64,000 nt of DNA from Patescibacteria group bacterium (GCA_041645555.1 JBAZPX010000004.1:10334-74333), one strand, 5' to 3'. Shown: positions 1 to 8,512, counted from the first letter of the stretch. Notes: generated by a model from the sequence alone, not told the origin. Translations and numbers: made by a program.

Positions 1-337
1 AACAGCTAACATAAAAGTATTACGGTTAAACATCGGCTGCCTCTTTCTTTTTAAATTTGAACGCGTTTTAGAGGAATTTCTATCAATTCCCCTTGTTTTT
101 ACATCTATCTTGGGTTTCTTTATAATTTTACTTTATTTTAAGGTATTTATTGAATTTTTAAGGTACGGCTTAGATTAATAAACACTATACCATAATTAAT
201 ATCTAGTGTCAACCACCAACCAAAAATTGCCAAAACCCCTTGCCTTAAACTTGCCGAAGGGCCCACCTTTTGCTAAAGTTAAATCATAAAATAACCATAT
301 TCGCATAATTCGCAATTCGCGGCATTCGCATTAATTT

Positions 338-384
338 GTCCCGCCACCTTATTATTGTGGGCGGGATCCCGCCATGGCGGTGAT
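338..384 (+). repeat. GC-rich two-hairpin element upstream of the methyltransferase CDS (copy 1; copy 2 at 42770-42825)
   Basis: Sequence gtcccgccac..gtgggcgggatcccgccatggcggtgat. The same arms in the same order recur upstream of trmD. The element ends 18 nt before ATG 403. Confidence 0.5.
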
Positions 385-402
385 AGATTAGCATTATTTT
401 AT

Positions 403-1620
403 ATGAAATACTTCTTCATCCTAGGCAACAATCCAACCCTATCTATAGCCGAAATTTCGGCTGTTTTTAGCCTGGGCGATAATCCAAAAGCAGAAATCCT
501 TGGCCAGGAGGTTTTTTTATTAGAAACTGAAAATAATTTTAATCCGGCCGAATTAATTAAAAAACTGGGCGGAATAATTAAAATTGGCTCGATCTCCAAT
601 GAATTTAATTTTGATAACCAAAAAATAATAGCCGAAGCGGAAAAATTAATTGATACAAATTATCAGGGAAAAATAAAATTTGGGATTTCTCATTATGGCA
701 ATAAACAACTGAATCTTAAAGTTATCGGCATGGAAATAAAAAAATGCTTGAAAGAAAAAGGCATTAGCGTCCGCTGGGTGGTAGGCCGAGATAAAGTTTT
801 ATCAAGCGTCGTGGTTGAACAAAATAAATTAATCTCACAGGGCGCGGAGATAATTTTAATTCAAAAAGATAACCACGTTTTAATCGGCAAAACTTTAGCG
901 GTCCAGCCGTTTAAAGAACTATCTTTCCGCGATTATGGCCGACCGGGCCGGGATGATTATTCCGGCATGCTCCCGCCGAAGCTGGCACAGATTATGATAA
1001 ATTTAGCCCTACCCCACCCCTCCGGCTCCTCTCTCCTAATTAGGAGAGAGGACGGGGGTGAGGTCATCCTTGACCCCTTCTGCGGCTCTGGCACGATTTT
1101 AACTGAAAGCCTGTTGATGGGCTATAAAAATTTAATCGGTTCTGATATTTCCCCGAAAGCAATTGAAGATACGAAAAAAAATGTTAAATGGATAATTGAA
1201 AATTGGAAATTGAAAATTGGAAATTTAAAATTTTATCAGCAAGATGCGCAAAAAATATCTCAGGAGATTAAATCTAACTCAATAGATTATATAATTACTG
1301 AACCCTACCTTGGCCCGCAAAGAGGGAAAATTGACATAAAAAAAATTGTCCAAGAACTAGAACAATTATATACCAAGTCATTGTCAGAATTCAGTAAAAT
1401 TTTAAAACCGGATGGATGGATAGTTATGATCTGGCCGGTCTTTCGCATAACGCATAACGTAGAACGCATAACGCCAAACATTATTGGCTTTCAAATAATC
1501 AACCCCATTCCGGAAAATTTACGGCAAGACAAGAGAATAAAATTAACCGACAGAAACACGATTATTTACGGACGTGAACAACAAAAAGTCTGGCGGGAAA
1601 TCGTGATATTAGAAAAATAA
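403..1620 (+). CDS. SAM-dependent RNA methyltransferase (Trm11/RlmL-like, THUMP-like N-terminal half)
   Basis: ORF 355-1620 trimmed to ATG 403 (MKYFFILGNNP). Class I methyltransferase motif I ILDPFCGSGT and motif IV-like ITEPYLG. Confidence 0.6.
   Translation: MKYFFILGNNPTLSIAEISAVFSLGDNPKAEILGQEVFLLETENNFNPAELIKKLGGIIKIGSISNEFNFDNQKIIAEAEKLIDTNYQGKIKFGISHYGNKQLNLKVIGMEIKKCLKEKGISVRWVVGRDKVLSSVVVEQNKLISQGAEIILIQKDNHVLIGKTLAVQPFKELSFRDYGRPGRDDYSGMLPPKLAQIMINLALPHPSGSSLLIRREDGGEVILDPFCGSGTILTESLLMGYKNLIGSDISPKAIEDTKKNVKWIIENWKLKIGNLKFYQQDAQKISQEIKSNSIDYIITEPYLGPQRGKIDIKKIVQELEQLYTKSLSEFSKILKPDGWIVMIWPVFRITHNVERITPNIIGFQIINPIPENLRQDKRIKLTDRNTIIYGREQQKVWREIVILEK
1012..1063. repeat. GC-rich palindromic element inserted in-frame in the methyltransferase CDS
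   Basis: Perfect palindrome cctctctcctaa/ttaggagagagg (1028-1051) flanked by ccccacccc and gggggtgagg. It encodes PHPSGSSLLIRREDGGEV just before motif I. Same motif set as the DUF559 gene flanks at 36531-37028. Confidence 0.6.
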
Positions 1621-2390
1621 TTTAAATTAAAAAAGCTGGATTTCTCCAGCTTTTTTGGTAAGAACGGGCCGAGGATATCGGCCGTGTTTTTTATTATAAA
1701 TTCTACTTCCTCAACTACGTTTGCGAAGACTGCCTTTAGAAAATTAACTATTACCTCGCCGTCCCAACCCATAGTCTTAAAGAAAGAAACAATGAACGAT
1801 CCGGCCGCGACCACAACCCCTAGCATCATTAAATTAAATGCGAGAAACGCAACCGTGGCAATAACGAACTTTCCGACTGACGCGCCCAGCCAAACAGCCA
1901 AACCGATAGCGGCCGCTCCTAACCCAGCCGTAAAAAGAGAACTAAGGGATATCTCGGCGGCCTTGTTTGCGCCATCAAGAATTTTGTAGGTAAAACTCCG
2001 CCCGTCATTGTACAAAAAATTCAAGGCCGGACTAATTCCGTCTCGAACAAAGGAGATGCGCACGCTCCGGCCGGATTCAATGTCTCTCGCATTTACGAAC
2101 TGCTCGCCATTTTTATTCTGGAAAGACAAAGCAAGAAAAATTTTCTTTCCCGAATCCGACACGAATTCAATGATTTTTTCCTTGCCGGGATTATCGGCAA
2201 GATACTCAATCGTTGGCCATTGCGCTTTCGCAACACTGGCGATTTGCACATCACTCCCAGAAAGGATTATATCGCTTTTCGCTTCTCTCTTTCCGTCTGG
2301 GGAAAGTATGCAACTAGAGACCAAAAGATTTAAAATTGCGCCCACCAAAAAAACACGCGCAATCTTACTCAAAGCGATTTCAAAGAACAT
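1566..2390 (-). CDS. hypothetical lipoprotein/membrane protein
   Basis: ORF 1566-2420 trimmed to Met11 (MFFEIALSK). Lipobox-like LVSSC and C-terminal hydrophobic helices. The 3' end reads through the hairpin at 1630-1657 and overlaps the convergent gene, so the true C-terminus is uncertain. Confidence 0.45.
   Translation of the reverse strand: MFFEIALSKIARVFLVGAILNLLVSSCILSPDGKREAKSDIILSGSDVQIASVAKAQWPTIEYLADNPGKEKIIEFVSDSGKKIFLALSFQNKNGEQFVNARDIESGRSVRISFVRDGISPALNFLYNDGRSFTYKILDGANKAAEISLSSLFTAGLGAAAIGLAVWLGASVGKFVIATVAFLAFNLMMLGVVVAAGSFIVSFFKTMGWDGEVIVNFLKAVFANVVEEVEFIIKNTADILGPFLPKKLEKSSFFNLNYFSNITISRQTFCCSRP
1630..1657. terminator. bidirectional intrinsic terminator
   Basis: aaaaagctgga-tttc-tccagctttttt: stem agctgga/tccagct, with an A-run on one side and a T-run on the other. 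Confidence 0.6.
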
Positions 2391-2469
2391 CACATTCCTC
2401 CTTGTAAAAATGAACGGCAATTATCGTTTCTTCTGCGTAAGTCAGCCAAAGTCCGTATTATTTGGTATT

Positions 2470-3528
2470 TTATTTATTGACTAAAAAATTGCAAATATCT
2501 CCATCCCGGACAATATAATCTTTGCCTTCCGTCCTGATAAAGCCTTTCTCCCGCGCTTTTTGCTCCCCGCCGGCTTCAATAAACTTCTGCCAATTCATTA
2601 CCTCGGCCCGGACAAAACCTTTAGTAAAATCCGTATGAATAACACCGGCGGCCTCTGGCGCTTTAACGCCCTCTTTAATAGTCCAGGCCCTGGTTTCATC
2701 CGCCCCGGTGGTAAAAAATGTTATTAAATTAAGTAATTTATAAGAAGCTTTTATAAGTTTAGCCAGTCCGCTTTCAGAAAGGCCTAGCTCTTTAATGTAT
2801 TCTCCTTGTTCTTCCTCGGGCAAATTTGAAATCTCTTCTTCTAATTTAGCGTTTAAAGCAATAATTTCTCCGTCTTCAACTTTCAATTTGTCTTTTTGAT
2901 CATCACTATTTAAAACATAAATAATCGGCTTAACCGTCAAAAGATTTAAAGATTTAACTATCCATTTTTCCTCATCAGTTAAGATAAGCTGGCGGGCCGG
3001 TTTCCCGGCGGCTAATATTTCTTTTAGGCGGGAAAGCAGACCGGCTAATTTAGCTAGCTCTTTATCTCCGCTCTTAGCTTCCTTGGAAACTTTAGCCAGT
3101 CTTTTTTCAACTGTAGCCAGGTCAGCCAGAATTAATTCAAGGCTGATAGTTTCCCGGTCATCTGCCGGGTCAATTTTGCCGCCGACGTGGATAACGTTCT
3201 CGTCAGTAAAACCCCTGATCACTTCGCAGATGGCGTCGCACTCGCGGATATGAGATAAAAACTGGTTGCCCAGGCCTTCGCCGGTGCTGGCTCCTTTTAC
3301 CAGACCGGCGATATCCACAAATTCCACAACTGTTGGAATAATTTTTTTTGGCTTGGAAATAACCGCAATTTTTTCCAGCCGCTCATCAGGAACCTTAACC
3401 ACGCCGACATTAGGATCAATCGTGCAAAAAGGATAATTAGAAGCCTCGGCCTTATTTTTTGTTAAAGCATTAAACAAAGTTGATTTTCCAACATTGGGCA
3501 GGCCGACGATGCCAATTGATAATGACAT
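2470..3528 (-). CDS. ychF: ribosome-binding ATPase YchF (Obg-like GTPase family)
   Basis: 352 aa. G1 motif [18 protein letters not shown], and the C-terminal TGS-like end [15 protein letters not shown]. Confidence 0.9.
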   Translation of the reverse strand: MSLSIGIVGLPNVGKSTLFNALTKNKAEASNYPFCTIDPNVGVVKVPDERLEKIAVISKPKKIIPTVVEFVDIAGLVKGASTGEGLGNQFLSHIRECDAICEVIRGFTDENVIHVGGKIDPADDRETISLELILADLATVEKRLAKVSKEAKSGDKELAKLAGLLSRLKEILAAGKPARQLILTDEEKWIVKSLNLLTVKPIIYVLNSDDQKDKLKVEDGEIIALNAKLEEEISNLPEEEQGEYIKELGLSESGLAKLIKASYKLLNLITFFTTGADETRAWTIKEGVKAPEAAGVIHTDFTKGFVRAEVMNWQKFIEAGGEQKAREKGFIRTEGKDYIVRDGDICNFLVNK

Positions 3529-3620
3529 AAAATTAAATTAAAACAGATAATTGTATCTTAAGATTTAACCCAAATAAAGTCAACCACGCTTAAAAATGAG
3601 ATTTCTAACGTGGCCAAATA

Positions 3621-3650
3621 AAAAGGGGCCCAGACGGGCCCCTTCTTTTA
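3621..3650. terminator. intrinsic terminator hairpin (bidirectional)
   Basis: aaaaggggccc-agac-gggccccttctttt: 9-bp GC stem with flanking A and T runs. Confidence 0.55.
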
Positions 3651-4103
3651 TATAAAATAAATGAATTTATAGGCCGATGCTGAGCCCCAGCCCCAAAGGT
3701 TTATTCCTTAATCCATCTAAAAAGATAGACAAGAAAATCCCTTCCTTCGAGGATAAAGCTTTTTTGCTGACTTGGAAAAAGCAACTTTTTACCGATTTGC
3801 GGTAGGACCCAACTAATTTTTGCAAATTATCAGATTCCACCTCTTTTTTGTTTTTGTTTTTTAGTTTGCTACGTCAGCTTTAGCAAAAATAAATCAGTAA
3901 AAAGCAAAGAAATTTCTCAAAAAACCAATTTTTGGGGAAATCTCTTTAAAAATATTGATTTTCAAAGAATGTCCAATAATTGTCCTATTATTATAATACC
4001 ATATAAAAACCAAAGGGTCAATTATCAGCTACTTCCAAAAAATTTAGCTAAAGTAAGCTAACATTAGTCAAAATTGTTTTTCTTATTATTTTTTAAATTT
4101 TAG

Positions 4104-4177
4104 TTGTCCACACTTAAGTCTACTAATTTGTAGACTTAAGTCCTATACTTATCCACATAGATAACAAGTTATCCACA
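4104..4177. promoter_or_regulatory. DnaA-box cluster
   Basis: TTGTCCACA at 4104-4112, and perfect TTATCCACA at 4149-4157 and 4169-4177. An AT-rich tract lies immediately upstream (3841-4100). Confidence 0.4.
4112..4141. repeat. 30-bp palindrome P1 (acttaagtctac-N6-gtagacttaagt)
   Basis: Perfect 12-bp arms with a 6-nt AT spacer. One of six related palindromes in the window. Confidence 0.8.
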
Positions 4178-4188
4178 ACTTCACTCAT

Positions 4189-4218
4189 ACTTAAGTCCAC
4201 TAAAATGTGGACTTAAGT
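4189..4218. repeat. 30-bp palindrome P2 (acttaagtccac-taaaat-gtggacttaagt)
   Basis: Perfect 12-bp arms with a 6-nt spacer. Confidence 0.8.
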
Positions 4219-4265
4219 GTTTTTAATCACATTTTCTCTATCAAAAGAACAAAAGATAAAAATAT

Positions 4266-4290
4266 TTAAGTCCACTATAAACTGGACTTT
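4266..4290. repeat. palindrome P3 (ttaagtccac-tataaa-ctggacttt), imperfect
   Basis: Same half-site family. It ends 8 nt from the tRNA-Cys 3' end. Confidence 0.65.
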
Positions 4291-4298
4291 AAAAAAAG

Positions 4299-4369
4299 AG
4301 GCCTGAGCGGGAATCGAACCCGCGATTGAAGTTTTGCAGACTCCTGCCTTACCACTTGGCTATCAGGCC
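4299..4369 (-). tRNA. tRNA-Cys (GCA)
   Basis: The reverse complement folds as a cloverleaf: acceptor GGCCTGA/TCAGGCC, anticodon arm GGAGT-CTGCAAA-ACTTC, T arm GCGGG-TTCGATT-CCCGC. Confidence 0.9.
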
Positions 4370-4486
4370 GTGGATATTTATTTTATATTATAAATATATC
4401 AGAACTTCCTTTAAAAAACAAGGATAAACCCCTCCCATTTTTAAAAAAATAAAAAACCCTCTTGCAAGGGCTACTGACTGTCTAAA

Positions 4487-4513
4487 TTCGCATGTGCCGC
4501 ATTTGTAGCGCGG
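4487..4513. repeat. 27-nt hairpin motif ttcgcatgtgccgcatttgtagcgcgg (second copy at 42217-42244)
   Basis: Near-identical string at both loci; contains the hairpin ccgc-atttgtag-gcgg. Confidence 0.6.
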
Positions 4514-4575
4514 CTTTTTCCCGACCGCGTGTCGCTAAAGCTTTAGCGGTGGCGCAAGGGAAAAATAACTTAAAT

Positions 4576-5076
4576 TCAATCTAAAATCTCAATTTTTGCT
4601 AACTTTACGCCAAATGCTCGAGCATCCTGTTTTTCAACCATCCAAACATCAACTCGATCAGAAAAACGGGTGTTCATCCTATCCCGCACTATGAAGACCT
4701 TGTCCCCGAATAATTCCGGGATCCTCACCTTAGTCCCGAATTTTAAGAAATTAGCAGCAATCGTGTCTTCTTCCCCATGTTCGCAGACATTAAAACCATT
4801 AGCGGTAATACAGGGAGAATCATCACATTGCCCGACTTCCGAATTGTAAGCCGTAATGACCCGGTTTACCACCTTCTTAGCCGCCCACACGTTATTTTCC
4901 GGCAAATGGTTAACAACAACCAACCCTGGCTCATTTATCTCTTCCAGAGCAATTTCTTGAAGCATTTCCTGTGTTTGTGCCTCTTCTGCCGCTTCTAAGG
5001 CCAGCGCCGGCATAGGAAAAAGAAAGAAATCAAACAAAAATACTAAAATTAGCAAAAAAATTAACTTTTTTGCCAT
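4576..5076 (-). CDS. 3D-domain (RlpA/MltA-like) cell-wall-associated protein
   Basis: ORF trimmed to MAKKLIFLLILVF (signal/TM). The C-terminal IAANFLKFGTKVRIP..FIVRDRMNTRFSDRVDVWM fits the 3D-domain Asp pattern. Confidence 0.6.
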   Translation of the reverse strand: MAKKLIFLLILVFLFDFFLFPMPALALEAAEEAQTQEMLQEIALEEINEPGLVVVNHLPENNVWAAKKVVNRVITAYNSEVGQCDDSPCITANGFNVCEHGEEDTIAANFLKFGTKVRIPELFGDKVFIVRDRMNTRFSDRVDVWMVEKQDARAFGVKLAKIEILD

Positions 5077-5439
5077 TTTTAAGGATATAAATTTTGCCCG
5101 ATTTTGCTTTAAGGCTTCCATTTGTATATAAAAATCCCTACCTTTCCATATAGTATGAAAAAATGTAGGGATTTTCTTATCTATGTTATTATCTTATCAC
5201 AGGCAATGAAAAAAGTCAACCAAATTTTTAGAATTTTCACTAAGATTAAACAAAAATAGCTTATTTCTCTTTTGATTTCCTGCTTTGCTCAAAAAATAGC
5301 TTTAATTTCCTAAAATTCAAGATATTGACAAAAATTTTCGTTTATAGTATGATACTATAATGTTCTTTGAGAAATATGGCATTTTACTATATTCTTTACC
5401 AATAAAACAACTCGTTTCCTCTTAGAAGGAGGGTTTGAA

Positions 5440-5982
5440 ATGAAAAGGATCGCGACAATGATTTCGGTGCCGATCATGGTTTTATTAATGGTCGGCTGCG
5501 CCAGTATGCGGAGCGCAACTGTGTCAACAAGCGGAAGCAGCATAAGCTTCAAAGAAAAAAATTTCAGCTTGTTGAGCCCGTCGATTAACCCATACGAGAT
5601 GGCCGAACTGATTGACGCCCAGGCCAGGGCAGAATACATGAAAAACCTGGTCAACAAAACCGGGAGCGGAAAAAAGCTCGGCAACTATTTGATAGCAATC
5701 ATCAATAATGACCCGAGCCAGGAAGCCTATTTCTTTAATCCCGAAATCCCGGGATCGAGAATAACCCTTAAACCCAACGGCGGATTTTTTTTCTTGTCGG
5801 TCCAAACCATACCGGCGGAAATAGCCCTCTACAGGAAAAATGGGGGAAACGCCGAAATATTTTACAAGTTGTATCCGCTTGACGATATGAGTGTGGGGCG
5901 ATACAACGACAGCGTTGGATACAAAAAAAGCGTAATGGGGGTCGAAGTCGACCAAAGGTACATTATTAATAAGATCTATTAA
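5440..5982 (+). CDS. hypothetical lipoprotein
   Basis: Strong SD (aaggaggg) 6 nt upstream. Signal peptide with lipobox LMVGC. No recognisable domain. Confidence 0.6.
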   Translation: MKRIATMISVPIMVLLMVGCASMRSATVSTSGSSISFKEKNFSLLSPSINPYEMAELIDAQARAEYMKNLVNKTGSGKKLGNYLIAIINNDPSQEAYFFNPEIPGSRITLKPNGGFFFLSVQTIPAEIALYRKNGGNAEIFYKLYPLDDMSVGRYNDSVGYKKSVMGVEVDQRYIINKIY

Positions 5983-5996
5983 CGAGAACAAACGAA

Positions 5997-6026
5997 AAGG
6001 ATGCCCGCACCGGACATCCTTTTTTC
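5997..6026 (+). terminator. intrinsic terminator
   Basis: aaggatgcccg-cac-cggacatcc followed by a T-run. Confidence 0.6.
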
Positions 6027-6049
6027 ATTTTTATTATATTTTCGCTATT

Positions 6050-6520
6050 CTAACCTTTAGACACATCAGCCCCGCCAACCCAATTCATACTGTTAAACAC
6101 GAAATAAGTAATGGCATAAGCTGAAACTGTAATAATTAAGCCGATTACCGCCCGCCAGATTGTTTCTTTCGCTTCCGTCATTTTTTCTTCATTGCCGGAC
6201 GCGGTCATCCATTTATACCCGGCCGTAATCATCAAAACTAAAAAAATAACGCCCAACAATCCTAAAAAAGCCTGGATTACCACGGCCAAAATTCCCGCAA
6301 AAGATGATCCGGTGGCGGCGGCAAAACCGGATTTACCCCTAAAAGCTTCCGCCTGCTCGCTACCTGCCGGGCCAAACCCTTGGGCTAAAGCCAAATCAGC
6401 GATTCTAAAATTTAAGACAGACAACACTAAAAATGCTAAAAAATAGTTTACCCCGTTAGCCCCGCTTAGAAATTTATTTCTAACGGGGTTAATAGGGTTT
6501 GTTTTTTTATAAAAATTCAT
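6050..6520 (-). CDS. TrbC/VirB2-like (T4SS pilin-like) small membrane protein, paralog 1
   Basis: Signal region plus two TM helices. Shared loop motif ITAGYKWMTASGNEEKM. Confidence 0.7.
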   Translation of the reverse strand: MNFYKKTNPINPVRNKFLSGANGVNYFLAFLVLSVLNFRIADLALAQGFGPAGSEQAEAFRGKSGFAAATGSSFAGILAVVIQAFLGLLGVIFLVLMITAGYKWMTASGNEEKMTEAKETIWRAVIGLIITVSAYAITYFVFNSMNWVGGADVSKG

Positions 6521-6554
6521 AGAAAATTATATAAGTAATTATAACATCTGACCT

Positions 6555-7055
6555 CTACTCAAGATCAAGAATATCCTGACAATCACCTCCCCGCAGTTCT
6601 TTGCCCTCGCCGCAGGGCCCTGGCTCAACTGGTACTACTCCACTACCCGACGGAGTTAAAGTCTGCCTGGTTATCCGGTCAAAGATAAAGAAACTAATGG
6701 CATAAGACGCAACAACAATAATTAAGCCAATAACCGCAGCCTTAATTATATCCTTGGCCCTAGTGACTTCCTCTTCACTGCCCCGCGCCATCATCCATAT
6801 ATAACCGCCGTAAAGCATTAAGGCTATAAAAATAACGCCTAAAACGCTTAAGAAAGCGCTTACCGCTGTGCCGGCAATGGCTGAAACCGTAGTTTGGTTA
6901 ACATTAGTTGAATAACCGCTGGCAGTTCCCAATCCTTCAAGCCCGCTTTTTATTGTCGGGCCCTTATAACCTTCTGCCCCGAAAACAAAATAAGGAAAAA
7001 TTAAAATCAGGACCAACAAAATTAAAATGGATATTTGCTTTATTATTTTTAACAT
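6555..7055 (-). CDS. TrbC/VirB2-like small membrane protein, paralog 2 (Cys-containing C-terminal extension)
   Basis: ORF trimmed to Met31 (MLKIIKQISILILL). Motif LYGGYIWMMARGSEEEV. Extra tail ..PCGEGKELRGGDCQDILDLE. Confidence 0.7.
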   Translation of the reverse strand: MLKIIKQISILILLVLILIFPYFVFGAEGYKGPTIKSGLEGLGTASGYSTNVNQTTVSAIAGTAVSAFLSVLGVIFIALMLYGGYIWMMARGSEEEVTRAKDIIKAAVIGLIIVVASYAISFFIFDRITRQTLTPSGSGVVPVEPGPCGEGKELRGGDCQDILDLE

Positions 7056-7062
7056 ATATATA

Positions 7063-7503
7063 TTAATTAAAACCGGTAACAGCTGACTGAAAATAATTTT
7101 TAGCCAGCATATATAAGACAAAATAAGTAACGGCGTAAGCGGCAATAATAATAATTAAACCTATAACCGCGCTTGTTATCAGATCTTTAGCTTTAGTGAC
7201 CTGCTCCTGATTGCCCCGGGCATTCATCCAGAGATAACCGCCGTAAAGGGTTAAGAGTACGAAAATAACTCCCAGAACAGAAAGAAAGACCCCTATAATC
7301 CCGCCGGCAACCGTGGCTATGCTTATTTCTCCGCTTTGCACTTTTGCTGTTTCGTATTTAGCCGATTTAGCCGTTTCTTCCAATAAAGAACCGACCGAAG
7401 CCGGCTGTTCGCTCCCGGCTTGAACCGCGTTCATGGCGAATGAGCTTATTAAAACAGCTAAAATGGTAAAAATAATTTTTTTTAAAAATGTCTTATAAAC
7501 CAT
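7063..7503 (-). CDS. TrbC/VirB2-like small membrane protein, paralog 3
   Basis: Signal peptide ..MNAVQAGS. Motif LYGGYLWMNARGNQEQV. Confidence 0.7.
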   Translation of the reverse strand: MVYKTFLKKIIFTILAVLISSFAMNAVQAGSEQPASVGSLLEETAKSAKYETAKVQSGEISIATVAGGIIGVFLSVLGVIFVLLTLYGGYLWMNARGNQEQVTKAKDLITSAVIGLIIIIAAYAVTYFVLYMLAKNYFQSAVTGFN

Positions 7504-7636
7504 ATAATTTGAAACTCCCTCAAGCTAATACTCGGGGAATCTTTAACTTCGTTTCGTCGGAGTTGAAATCCGCCGAAGCGAAAAAGCTATTTATCCCTCA
7601 ATCTAACTATTGGAAAATTTCGCGAAGGCGGATAAA

Positions 7637-8071
7637 TTAGATCGTATAGCCTTCCAGGCCGGCAAAAGTTTTAACGAAGAAATAAGCCAGGAAGTATAAA
7701 ACGGAAAAAATTACGATGCCAATAACCGCGTTTCTAATTCTCTTTTTTGACAGCTGGATTTTTTCGATGTTGCCGGCGGCCGTCATCCATTCATAACCGG
7801 CTATCACTATCCTCACTATAAACATAAAACCGAGGAAAGGAGCGATAAAAAGAACTCCGCCGATATATTTAGCGATTGTCGCCGCCGCGCCCCCTTCCGC
7901 CAATTTAGTATCATAAACGCCCGTCTCCGAAACCCCTTTGTCTAAATTTTTTCCCCAATCGCCGATCTTAGGCTCTTCGGCCTGCGCCCAGCTTATATTT
8001 AACGCGAAAGCGAAAAAAAGGAAAAAAATAAGAAACCAAACCGTTATTTTTGCCGCGTCTGCCTTGCCCAT
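7637..8071 (-). CDS. TrbC/VirB2-like small membrane protein, paralog 4
   Basis: Signal peptide ..ISWAQAEE. Motif IAGYEWMTAAGNIEKI. Confidence 0.7.
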   Translation of the reverse strand: MGKADAAKITVWFLIFFLFFAFALNISWAQAEEPKIGDWGKNLDKGVSETGVYDTKLAEGGAAATIAKYIGGVLFIAPFLGFMFIVRIVIAGYEWMTAAGNIEKIQLSKKRIRNAVIGIVIFSVLYFLAYFFVKTFAGLEGYTI

Positions 8072-8074
8072 ATC

Positions 8075-8512
8075 TTAAATCTTAAAAATATTAAACCCAA
8101 CGCCGAATCCTCCGCTGGCTATGCTTAAAACAACATAAGCGAATATATAAGCGGCGAAAACTATTAAAACGCCGATCGCGCCGTTTTTTATTTTATCCTT
8201 TCCCTTTTTCACTTCTTCATCATTGCCGCCGGCGCCGACAATATCAAGCGCTCCCATCCAGATTAAAACCATAAAAACAACGCCGGTAAAAGCCATAACG
8301 GCTCCGATAATTTTTCCGATTAAAGAGGCAATCTCGGTTTTGGCTGTTGTACCCTCAGTTCCAGCTCCATAACCTATGCCTTTGCCGGTATTTTCCAAAC
8401 CGCCCAAAGGTGATTTTTCGGCACTTACCGCTCCCGCGGCCAAGAGGAAAGAAAAAACAAAAAAAGATAATATGGCCAGACTTATTAGTTTTTTGCTGTA
8501 TAAAAAAACCAT
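8075..8512 (-). CDS. TrbC/VirB2-like small membrane protein, paralog 5 (divergent loop)
   Basis: Same topology. Loop WMGALDIVGAGGNDEEV. Confidence 0.6.
   Translation of the reverse strand: MVFLYSKKLISLAILSFFVFSFLLAAGAVSAEKSPLGGLENTGKGIGYGAGTEGTTAKTEIASLIGKIIGAVMAFTGVVFMVLIWMGALDIVGAGGNDEEVKKGKDKIKNGAIGVLIVFAAYIFAYVVLSIASGGFGVGFNIFKI

Noticed and set aside
1-33. Possible 5' end of a minus-strand CDS leaving the window (ATG at 31-33, MFNRNTFMLAV..)
   Set aside because: Only 11 codons are visible, so it cannot be supported.
3667-3840. Possible 52-57-aa minus-strand ORF (..LQKLVGSYRKSVKSCFFQVSKKALSSKEGIFLSIFLDGLRNKPLGLGLSIGL) ending before the terminator at 3621-3650
   Set aside because: Only non-ATG starts are available (TTG at 3825 or GTG at 3840), with poor SD spacing and no recognisable family. 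There is not enough support for a CDS call.
3529-4298. Confident call of the chromosomal replication origin
   Set aside because: DnaA boxes and an AT-rich tract are present. However, there is no dnaA or dnaN nearby, genes on both sides share the minus strand, and similar motifs recur at 51.8 kb. It is reported only as a candidate.
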